64,000 nucleotides of DNA, from the NCBI GenBank assembly GCA_965214745.1, contig OZ243978.1, forward strand, positions 2,807,554 to 2,871,553, read 5' to 3'. Both the position numbers and the translations under genes were made by a program. The DNA is from Dehalococcoidia bacterium. Lineage in GTDB: Bacteria > Chloroflexota > Dehalococcoidia > Lucifugimonadales > UBA1123. How positions within the stretch are numbered: the stretch's first letter is position 1; each line of letters opens with the position of its first letter. The notes under the pieces were generated by a model. That model saw only the letters and a program-made list of their open reading frames with translations. It did no database searches and was not told the DNA's origin. Below, piece by piece: positions 1 to 7,424 of the stretch.

Positions 1-1
1 C

Positions 2-1003
2 TTCCCAACCCAACTTTGGGAGCGGATGGCGGCGCGCGGCTGGATGGGGCTTGCGATACCGGAACGCTACGGCGGATCCGGCGGATCGCTCACGGACCTC
101 GCGGTTCTTCTGGAGGAGTTCGGGCGCGCGCTCGCGCCGGGTCCGTTCTTCGATTCGGCGGTCGTCGTCGGGCTGACGATTCTGGACGCCGCGGACGACG
201 AACAGCGCGCCGCGCTGCTCCCCCGCATTGCCGACGGCTCGCTCATAGCCGTCGGCGCGCTGCTGGAAGAGGATGGGCGATGCGATCCGGCATCGCTAGC
301 CACGCGCGTAGAGCGCGGCGCGGATGGCGTGTCCATCAGCGGAACCAAGATGTTCGTCGAGTACGCCTCCGCAGCCGACCTGATGCTGGTGGCGGCGCGC
401 GACGCGAACGGAGTATCGCTCCCGCTCGCGCCCACGCCTGCGGACGGCATAGAGCTGATAGCGCTCGACAGCATCGCGCGCGATAGGCAGTTCGCGGTTC
501 GGTTCGACGGCGCGAAGGGCGAGTTCGGAGCGATAGGCGGCGACGGCGCGGGCGAACCCGCCTTGCGGCGCCTGCTGGACAGGTCCGCAATCCTGCACTG
601 CGCCAGAAGCGTCGGCGGCGCTCAGCGCGTGTTGGAAATGACCGTCGAATACACCAAGCAACGGGTGCAGTTCGACCGCGCCATAGCCACATTCCAATCC
701 GTTCAGCATGACTGCGCCGACATGGTGATAGCCATAGACTCCGCGCGGCTGGCGACATACGAGGCTATCACGCGCCTAGAAGACGGCGAGCCCGCCGATA
801 AAGAGATCGCGCTCGCCAAGACGCTCGCGAACCACGCCTACAAGTGGACGACGCTCACCGCTCAGCAGATACACGGCGGCATCGGCTTCATGGAGGAGTA
901 CGATCTCCAACTGTGGACGCGCCGCGCGAAGGTGGCGGAGCTGAAGTTCGGCGCGTCGTCGGGATACATCGAGCGGTTCGCGCAGGAGATGGGGCTGGCG
1001 TGA
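2..1003 (+). CDS. Acyl-CoA dehydrogenase family protein (5' end outside window)
   Basis: The frame is open from the window edge (FPTQLWERMAARGWMGLAIPERYGGSG). The C-terminal domain is ACAD-like (QIHGGIGFMEEYDLQLWTRRAK). Stop is TGA at 1001-1003. Confidence 0.8.
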   Translation, partial: FPTQLWERMAARGWMGLAIPERYGGSGGSLTDLAVLLEEFGRALAPGPFFDSAVVVGLTILDAADDEQRAALLPRIADGSLIAVGALLEEDGRCDPASLATRVERGADGVSISGTKMFVEYASAADLMLVAARDANGVSLPLAPTPADGIELIALDSIARDRQFAVRFDGAKGEFGAIGGDGAGEPALRRLLDRSAILHCARSVGGAQRVLEMTVEYTKQRVQFDRAIATFQSVQHDCADMVIAIDSARLATYEAITRLEDGEPADKEIALAKTLANHAYKWTTLTAQQIHGGIGFMEEYDLQLWTRRAKVAELKFGASSGYIERFAQEMGLA

Positions 1004-1010
1004 GCCGTCC

Positions 1011-2144
1011 CTACGCCAAGACGCGCTCGAACACGTACCGCCCTACGTCTCGGTTTTCCTCGAACGCGAACCCATCGAAATCGCCGCCATAGCCGATTAT
1101 CGGCACGTCCTGTTCGTGCGCCGATGCGTGGGAGCGCAGCCCGACGCCCGCGCCCGTGTCGTCCCAAGACCCCATTATGGACTTGGGACCGAACACCGTA
1201 TCGGCGTCGCCCGTAACCACTATGTCGCCGATGCGCTCGTAGTTCAGCCGCAGTTCGTCCGCCGCCTGCCGCCGCGTGTAGACGCGCTCGACGCCGCTAG
1301 TCTCGCGCAATGCGCCCGCCGCCGCGTCCGCGGCTGAGTCGTCGTCTAGGTAGACGAACATGCACCCGCCGAGGTTGTTGTGGTGCGCCACGTACCTATC
1401 CTTGATTATCGGAACCACCGTCGCCCGAACGCCGCTTTGCGCCAGCGCGTCTTCCAAGTCCACCATCCGCGTCTTGGCGTTCATGCCGTGATCCGCCGTC
1501 AGCAGCAGCGTGGCGTCGGGCTGAGCCTCCATCATCTCGCCTATGGCGTCATCCATTATAGAGACGTGCCGCTGAGACTCCTCCGCGTCAGGCGGGTACG
1601 TGTGCATCGCGTAGTCGGTCGTCGATATATACGCTACGTCCGCGCGTTCCATCTTCATGGCGAGCGCGGCGGCGCGGATCGCCCAGCCGTTTACTTCGAG
1701 AGAGTATATCGGCGGAGGCTCGCCAACGCCCTCCACCGCCCATCGCGGCGGACGCTCCGACGATATGGCGCGGCTTGCGCCGTCCGACAGCAGCGTTCGC
1801 AGCTTGTCTTTCGACGTGGACAGCAGCGTTCGCGCGCCTGCGCGAGCGGCGCGCTGGAAGAACGTCTCCGCGAGGATGTCCGCGCCCGATTCCATGTACA
1901 CGCCCTCGCCCGTCTCGCGCTCGACTCGGTAGTTCGAGCTTATGCCATGCTCGGACGGATAGCGCCCCGTGAGTATCGACACGTTGTTGACGTTGGTTAC
2001 GGACGGCATCATAGCTTTGCCGGTAACGTGAAACCCGCCGCGCGCAAGCGCGCTCAGGTTCGGAGCGTCGCACGCCGCTAGGTAGTCAGGGTCCAGCCCG
2101 TCGACAGTGATGATGATTGTTGCGCCCAGCATGGCTTCCCCCAC
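1011..2144 (-). CDS. Alkaline-phosphatase-superfamily hydrolase (phosphonoacetate hydrolase / nucleotide pyrophosphatase-like)
   Basis: N-terminal IIITVDGLDPDYL...PNL...MPSVTNVNNVSILTG nucleophile region, STTDYAMH and LLTADHGMN metal-site motifs. Length 377 aa. Confidence 0.6.
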   Translation of the reverse strand: MGEAMLGATIIITVDGLDPDYLAACDAPNLSALARGGFHVTGKAMMPSVTNVNNVSILTGRYPSEHGISSNYRVERETGEGVYMESGADILAETFFQRAARAGARTLLSTSKDKLRTLLSDGASRAISSERPPRWAVEGVGEPPPIYSLEVNGWAIRAAALAMKMERADVAYISTTDYAMHTYPPDAEESQRHVSIMDDAIGEMMEAQPDATLLLTADHGMNAKTRMVDLEDALAQSGVRATVVPIIKDRYVAHHNNLGGCMFVYLDDDSAADAAAGALRETSGVERVYTRRQAADELRLNYERIGDIVVTGDADTVFGPKSIMGSWDDTGAGVGLRSHASAHEQDVPIIGYGGDFDGFAFEENRDVGRYVFERVLA

Positions 2145-2176
2145 ATGGAGTTTTGCATAACTAGATGATCAGGGTG

Positions 2177-2206
2177 TACAGGATATGCGCTGGCGACGGG
2201 ATTTGC
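2177..2206. repeat. Dispersed GGAT-phased intergenic repeat (REP-like), copy
   Basis: TACAGGATATGCGC...CGGGATTTGC in the divergent spacer between 2144 and 2396. Matches the family consensus described in the findings. Confidence 0.5.
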
Positions 2207-2395
2207 ATAGACCTTCCCATCGTTCGAGAGAATCGCAAAAGCCCCCCAGAGCTCTACCGCCATTCCCGCGCGGAGCCTGCCCCCCGCGCTCCGATACAGG
2301 GCGGGAATCCAACCAGAGGGGCGGATGAGATTTCGAGACTTGCGCAATGAAGGCGGAATAGTTGCCTACAGGTATGCCACAATACTCCCATACGC

Positions 2396-3658
2396 ATGAA
2401 AGATTCGGAAACACAGACCCGCCCGCGCAAGTTCGGCTGGGCGCGCAAGACGCTGCTAGCGCTGCTGGCGCTGGCGCTGCTGCTGCCGCGCTCGGACGGC
2501 GTTCACATCACGCCGGCAGAGCGCATCGCCTTCGAGCATCTATTCTCGCTCGCGGAGTGGGAGGCGGTGAACTTCCCGGGCAAGTGGCTGCACCTGCTGA
2601 CATACCTAGTTCCCGGTCGGAAGCCGTCGCGCGAGGAGCGCATCGCCATCGTCTCCGATTACCTCGACACGGTGCGGCGCGCGAACAAGGAGCGTAGACG
2701 GCTGGAGGGCGCGGCGCAGCTTCGCGGCTTCCGCGCGGGCGGCGCGAGCGCGAAGGCGGAGACGCTTACGGACGACTACCTGCAAGAGCTTCAGGCGCGC
2801 GCGCGCGAACTGCGCCCGGAGGCGGAGGAGGCTATCGAGGCGGAGATAGCAGCCGTCGTCGACGGCGCGGGGCTGGGTTCGCGGCTCGGCATCGTCTGGC
2901 CTCCCGTGGACATACGGCTGAGCGATCCGCCCACGCTGCTCGTGCTGTCGCCGCGCGACGACATAAACATGGTAGGCGCGGTGTTCTTGGACGCGGACAT
3001 CGAGCCGTTCGAGCGCGACGACGTGGAAAAGCGAGTGTACGGCGAGCTTGGCTACGCCGCCTACGTGGACGACATCGCGGGGCTGGCGACGTATCCCAAC
3101 ATGGTGTCGGACGCGCATTCGACGAGGCACATCTTGCGAACCGCCGCGCACGAGTGGCTTCACGCATACTGGCTGTTCCACCCGTTCGGCAGAAACTACT
3201 TCGCATCCGAGGAGATGACCACGCTGAACGAGACCGCCGCCACGCTCGCGGGCAACGAGCTGGGCGACATCGTCTTCGAGCGCATGGGCGGAGACCTTTC
3301 CGAGAACGCGCGCCGCTACGCCGCCGAAAGCCGCGTCAACCCGCGCTTCACCGCATTCATGCGCGAGACGCGTCTGGAAACGGAACGGCTGCTGAGCGAT
3401 GGCGAGATAGACGCGGCGGAAGAGTACATGCGAAAACGCCAATGGGAGCTGCGGCTGCGCGGATACTACATCCGAAAGCTCAACCAAGCCTACTTCGCCT
3501 TCCGGGGGCGCTACGCCGACAGCCCCGCGTCGCTAAGCCCCATCGGCGAGCGTATGCGCGAGCTGCGCTCCACCACGTCGGACGTGGGCGAGTTCATCCG
3601 AGAAATCTCCAAAGTATCCACGCCAGCCGAATTCGAAGCGCTGCTGGAGGGGAGATAG
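2396..3658 (+). CDS. Membrane-anchored hypothetical protein with HExxH motif (putative Zn-metallopeptidase)
   Basis: N-terminal hydrophobic anchor (TLLALLALALLLP). Single HEWLH motif (RTAAHEWLHAYW). I recognise no family. Confidence 0.45.
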   Translation: MKDSETQTRPRKFGWARKTLLALLALALLLPRSDGVHITPAERIAFEHLFSLAEWEAVNFPGKWLHLLTYLVPGRKPSREERIAIVSDYLDTVRRANKERRRLEGAAQLRGFRAGGASAKAETLTDDYLQELQARARELRPEAEEAIEAEIAAVVDGAGLGSRLGIVWPPVDIRLSDPPTLLVLSPRDDINMVGAVFLDADIEPFERDDVEKRVYGELGYAAYVDDIAGLATYPNMVSDAHSTRHILRTAAHEWLHAYWLFHPFGRNYFASEEMTTLNETAATLAGNELGDIVFERMGGDLSENARRYAAESRVNPRFTAFMRETRLETERLLSDGEIDAAEEYMRKRQWELRLRGYYIRKLNQAYFAFRGRYADSPASLSPIGERMRELRSTTSDVGEFIREISKVSTPAEFEALLEGR

Positions 3659-3663
3659 CATAG

Positions 3664-3698
3664 ATTTACAGGATATGCGGGATGGACAGTGGTAATTT
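3664..3698. repeat. Dispersed GGAT-phased intergenic repeat (REP-like), copy
   Basis: ATTTACAGGATATGCGGGATGGACAGTGGTAATTT lies between convergent genes. It is 28/35 identical to the reverse complement of 23052-23086. Confidence 0.6.
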
Positions 3699-3741
3699 CA
3701 TGCGGGTCGCACACCCGTCGAATCCCGAAAATCATGCGAAT

Positions 3742-4863
3742 CTATATAGAAAGCCCCATAAGGCGGTTGAGGTTCGCATAGCGCGCCGGGTCTAGGTCGC
3801 GACCGGTGAAGGCTGGGTAGTCCGGCGCGTAGCGGTGCGTTCTGAAGATGGCGTTGCTGGGGTTGCGTCCGCCGCTGTCGGGCGCGAAGAACGGAATGAT
3901 GTATTCCCACACGATTTCGCCGCGATTGGTAACCTCGAACAACCGCCCGTGCGCGCCCTCGCATATGAGCGTATTGCCGTTCGGCAGTCTGTCCGCGCCG
4001 CTGATGTACGAGCTGAAGAACGACACCGGCGGGCTGCCTTCGTAGCTCCAAGCTATTTCGTTCGTCTCGCGGTCCACCTCGACCACGCGGGAGGCGGCGC
4101 GGTTTCGGGAATGCGAGCCGTTGTCGAAGACAAGTATGTTGCCCGAATCCAGCTCGGTGGCGTGGTGCTGGTGTCCTAGCTCGCCATCCCCCCAGCGCCA
4201 AATCAAGCCGCCCGTCTCCCGCGAGACGATAGCCACCGCGCTCGTGCTGCGAAAGCTGAGCAGGAAATCGCCGGACTTGGTGATGTGAATGGAATTGGCG
4301 TGAGTCCACTCGCGTCGCCCCTCCAGCGGGCAGATAACGTTGTCTTCTATGGAGAGCCGCTCCCAAACTCGCCATTCGCCCGTCGTCTCGCCGTCCGCGT
4401 CTATTTCGCGTATCGCGTCGCCCAGCATGTGGATCGGGTCTTCTGGCGTTCTGTATCCGCCGCGGACGCGCGCCGATACGTCCGCGGGCATCTCTTCCCA
4501 GCGCAGATAAACCGTCTCGCCCGTGAGCGTCCGCTCGTAGTCGTGGTGCATCCACGGGTCTCGATGCTCCCACAGCTTCACGCCATCCCAGCTCAGCTCG
4601 ACTATCGAGCCGCCAGAGCCGCCAAGCCCGCGAGTGCGCTCGAAGTCCGACGGGAGCGGCGTCCGCCCCAGCAGGTTGCCGTTGGGGAGCAGCGTCGCGT
4701 ATGTCAGCCCCTCGCGATACTCCCAGCGGTGGCAGACGCGCCCTTCCATGTCGAGAAGCGCCGCGAACTTGCCAGAGTTGGCGAACACCAGCGTATATCC
4801 CTTGAAGGAGAACATCGGGGAATGATGAATCAACCCGACGGGGTGATGTATGGACCAGCCCAA
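3742..4863 (-). CDS. Arylsulfotransferase (ASST)-like beta-propeller protein
   Basis: Repeated NGN(L/T)L and WE(Y/H) blades, MHHDYE, and C-terminal LPNGNTLICEG...GEIVWEY typical of ASST-family propellers. TTG start at 4863 preceded by GCAGGAGC. Confidence 0.6.
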   Translation of the reverse strand: MGWSIHHPVGLIHHSPMFSFKGYTLVFANSGKFAALLDMEGRVCHRWEYREGLTYATLLPNGNLLGRTPLPSDFERTRGLGGSGGSIVELSWDGVKLWEHRDPWMHHDYERTLTGETVYLRWEEMPADVSARVRGGYRTPEDPIHMLGDAIREIDADGETTGEWRVWERLSIEDNVICPLEGRREWTHANSIHITKSGDFLLSFRSTSAVAIVSRETGGLIWRWGDGELGHQHHATELDSGNILVFDNGSHSRNRAASRVVEVDRETNEIAWSYEGSPPVSFFSSYISGADRLPNGNTLICEGAHGRLFEVTNRGEIVWEYIIPFFAPDSGGRNPSNAIFRTHRYAPDYPAFTGRDLDPARYANLNRLMGLSI

Positions 4864-4904
4864 GATAAGCTCCTGCGTCTTGCGCGCGCTTTAGGCAGCG
4901 CGGC

Positions 4905-5753
4905 TTACAGCTCCAGAGGCGTATCCGCGCGGTTCGCCCACTCGCCCATCGAGCCGTCATAGTTGCGCGTGCGGTCGTAGCCTAGCAGCCGCAGCGTGAA
5001 CACTCCGTGCGCCGCACGGATGCCTCCCTGTCAATAGGTGATTATGTTCTTATCCGGCGTCGCGCCTACCGCCTCCAGCATCTCCCGAAGCTCGTCCGCC
5101 GGCTTGAACAGGCGGTGTCGGTCTTCCGTAATCAGGTTCAGCCATTCGAGGTGAACCGCGCCCGGAATCCTCCCCGCGCGCGTGTTGCCCCTGTCGGTCG
5201 AGCCATCCCACTCACCATCCGAGCGGACGTCTAAGAACACCGTGTCCGGATCGCCCACGCGCGCCACGCCGTAGTCGAGCGTGCATACCAGCGAGTCGTC
5301 CGCGCGAGGCGTGAAGGTCGCGTCATCTACGGGCGGCGGTCGGTCGATAGACGTCGGCTTGCCCTCGTCGAACCACTTCTTCCAGCCGCCGTTCAGCACC
5401 TTCACGTTGGCGTGCCCGTAGTAGTTCAAGACCCACCAGAAGCGCGTCGAGTAGAGGCTGCCGGAGTTGTCGTAGGCGACTACGAGCGTATCGTCGCCGA
5501 TGCCCATCTCTTCCATCAGCGCCTTCATGACGTCCGGCTCCGCCACGAGCGGATACTCGCGCGGCGCGGACGGGTAATCGGGATGCTTGATGTAGTGGTG
5601 AACGCGGATGCCAACGGCGTTCTTGATATGCGCGCGCAGGTAAAGCTCGAAGTCGTCGCAGTCTACGACGCGAACGTTCGGGTCATCGATATGCTCCGCG
5701 AGCCAATCGGTGGACGCAAGCAGTTCGGGGCGGGCGTAGTCGGAGGCGGTCAT
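4905..5753 (-). CDS. Two-domain rhodanese (thiosulfate/3-mercaptopyruvate sulfurtransferase-like) with in-frame TGA at the catalytic Cys position; candidate selenocysteine
   Basis: The ORF track ends at TGA 5033-5031 after ...DKNIITY. The same frame continues QGGIRAAHGVFTLRLLGYDRTRNYDGSMGEWANRADTPLEL to TAA 4907-4905. The active-site loop C-x-G-G-x-R and the C-terminal YDGS.GEW motif lie only beyond the TGA. A hairpin at 5020-5004 follows. AGGAG SD lies before ATG 5753. Confidence 0.6.
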
Positions 5754-5859
5754 GGCGTATCTCCTGTGGTGGTGGGTTGGCGTGGGGCAATCGGCCGCTA
5801 GAGGGTTCGCTGTCTACGTCAGCTTGTCGATTCGCCAGAGTCTCGATCAGCTCCCATAG

Positions 5860-5871
5860 CGCGGACGTCAC
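5860..5871. repeat. 12-bp direct repeat CGCGGACGTCAC (left copy)
   Basis: Identical 12-mer at 6084-6095. The two copies bracket a lower-GC segment of about 224 bp. Confidence 0.6.
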
Positions 5872-6095
5872 TTCGGCGCAATGACCTCTGCGTCTTCCAG
5901 AATTCGGTACGCTTTCAGGATGAATCGGGGACCATTGTCCAACAATCTACGAACATGAGATTCTATGAAATCGACTATGCCTCCCGCCATGCGATTGCCG
6001 GAGACCCTAGACGGCTTCATCCATAATATATCCGAATCGGCTCGCGAACGATAGTGTTGCAAGCCAGCCCCGCGCATCCGGCTCGCGGACGTCAC
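5868..6095 (-). CDS. Hypothetical small protein (uncertain)
   Basis: 75-codon frame starting at a GTG that overlaps the Fic stop (GTGA). Lower GC than the flanks. No recognisable domain. Internal ATGs give products of 40-50 aa. Confidence 0.3.
   Translation of the reverse strand: MTSASRMRGAGLQHYRSRADSDILWMKPSRVSGNRMAGGIVDFIESHVRRLLDNGPRFILKAYRILEDAEVIAPK
6084..6095. repeat. 12-bp direct repeat CGCGGACGTCAC (right copy)
   Basis: Identical to 5860-5871. Overlaps the Fic stop codon. Confidence 0.6.
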
Positions 6096-7258
6096 AGCGG
6101 CTCAGTTCCCTCGTTGAGAATGGCGATATAGCGGTCGTATGCGAAGAGCCTGCCCCTGCTCCTACCCGTAATCTCGCGGGCAACGCCCTGCCCAACTAGA
6201 AACCGCATGGCTGAGGATGCGGCGGGGAAGGAAAGATTCGCGCGGGCGGAAGCCTGTTTTATAGACAGTATGGGCATCTCCCTCAGCGCGTCGTACGCTC
6301 GCAGAACGGATCCTGCGCTCCTACCCGCTCGCACTCCGATTTCCGCGCGGTCAGACTCGAACAGCTTCACCAGCCTGTTGGTAGCCCAAACCGCGCCTTC
6401 GGCTGTGATTTTCACCCCTTCGAGGAAGAACGCGAGCCACTTTTCCCAGTCTCCGCTCTCTCGCACGTAATTCAACAAGTCGTAGTATTCATTCCGATGC
6501 TGCTTGAAGTACAAGCTCAGGTATAGCATCGGCTCGGTCAAGACTCGCCGCGCAACTAGCAGGAATGTAATGAGCAGCCGCCCGACACGCCCGTTCCCAT
6601 CCAAGAATGGGTGTATAGTCTCGAACTGCGCGTGGACAAGCCCCGCCCGTATCAGCGTTGGCAACCCGTCGTCCGAGGCGTGTAGAAAGCGCTCCAACGC
6701 ACCCATACAATCGGAAACGGCGGTGTGCGGAGGCGGCACGAAGGCGGCGTTGCCGAGGCGAGAACCGCCAATCCAATTCTGAGAGCGACGGAACTCGCCG
6801 GGCGACTTGTCGGCGCCTCTCCCGCTAGACAGCAGGACGTAGTGAATCTCGCGGATCAGCCGATTGGATAGCGGAAAGCCATTCTCCAATCGCCGCAGCC
6901 CGTGTTCCAACGCATCCACATAGTTCGAGACTTCGACGACGTCGTCGAGCGGAACGCCGGGGGCTTCTTCCAACTCGAACATGAGTAGATCGGACAGCGA
7001 CGATTGAGCGCCCTCTATCTGGGAAGATAGCGCCGCTTCCTTCCGCACGTAAGAGTAGATCAAGAGCGCTTGGTCTGGCAGGAGCGTCGAAATGGCGTCC
7101 AACCGCCCAACCGCGAGAGTCGCCTCCTCGAGCGTCTGCTGAAGCGAACCGTTCAACCGCAAGCCAGGGACCGGTGGCAGCGGATGCGGCGAGAACGCGC
7201 GAACCGTCTCGCCGCCGTAGCTCGATACCGCGTATTCCCCTATTTCTTCGCGCCGCAT
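6092..7258 (-). CDS. Fic family protein (AMPylase-type) with intramolecular inhibitory helix and C-terminal winged-HTH
   Basis: Fic motif HPFLDGNGRVGRLL. N-terminal SSQIEG matches the [ST]xxxE[GN] inhibitory motif. The C-terminal SIKQASARANLSFPAASSAMRFLVGQGV is wHTH-like. Confidence 0.85.
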   Translation of the reverse strand: MRREEIGEYAVSSYGGETVRAFSPHPLPPVPGLRLNGSLQQTLEEATLAVGRLDAISTLLPDQALLIYSYVRKEAALSSQIEGAQSSLSDLLMFELEEAPGVPLDDVVEVSNYVDALEHGLRRLENGFPLSNRLIREIHYVLLSSGRGADKSPGEFRRSQNWIGGSRLGNAAFVPPPHTAVSDCMGALERFLHASDDGLPTLIRAGLVHAQFETIHPFLDGNGRVGRLLITFLLVARRVLTEPMLYLSLYFKQHRNEYYDLLNYVRESGDWEKWLAFFLEGVKITAEGAVWATNRLVKLFESDRAEIGVRAGRSAGSVLRAYDALREMPILSIKQASARANLSFPAASSAMRFLVGQGVAREITGRSRGRLFAYDRYIAILNEGTEPL

Positions 7259-7279
7259 GGCATTCCTATCTAAAACACT

Positions 7280-7302
7280 TTAATAGCGCCGCTCGCTATT
7301 AA
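7280..7302. promoter_or_regulatory. Perfect 9-bp inverted repeat TTAATAGCG-N5-CGCTATTAA upstream of the Fic gene (putative operator)
   Basis: Lies 22-44 nt upstream of the Fic ATG (7258). A third half-site-like TTAATAAC is at 7320-7327. Confidence 0.45.
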
Positions 7303-7424
7303 GATTATAGCCGAAATTCTTAATAACCGCACTCCCGCTTCGCAACCCGCGGCGCGAGCGCCCCCCACCGCCATCCCCATTAGCATATAATGGCTACTAG
7401 CAACCACAATTCGGAGGCAGCCCG

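Noticed and set aside
5683-5871. 62-aa minus-strand ORF starting at the GTG within the left 12-bp repeat and running into the rhodanese gene
   Set aside because: It overlaps the rhodanese N-terminus out of frame and has no RBS. Its only notable feature is that its start lies in the direct repeat.
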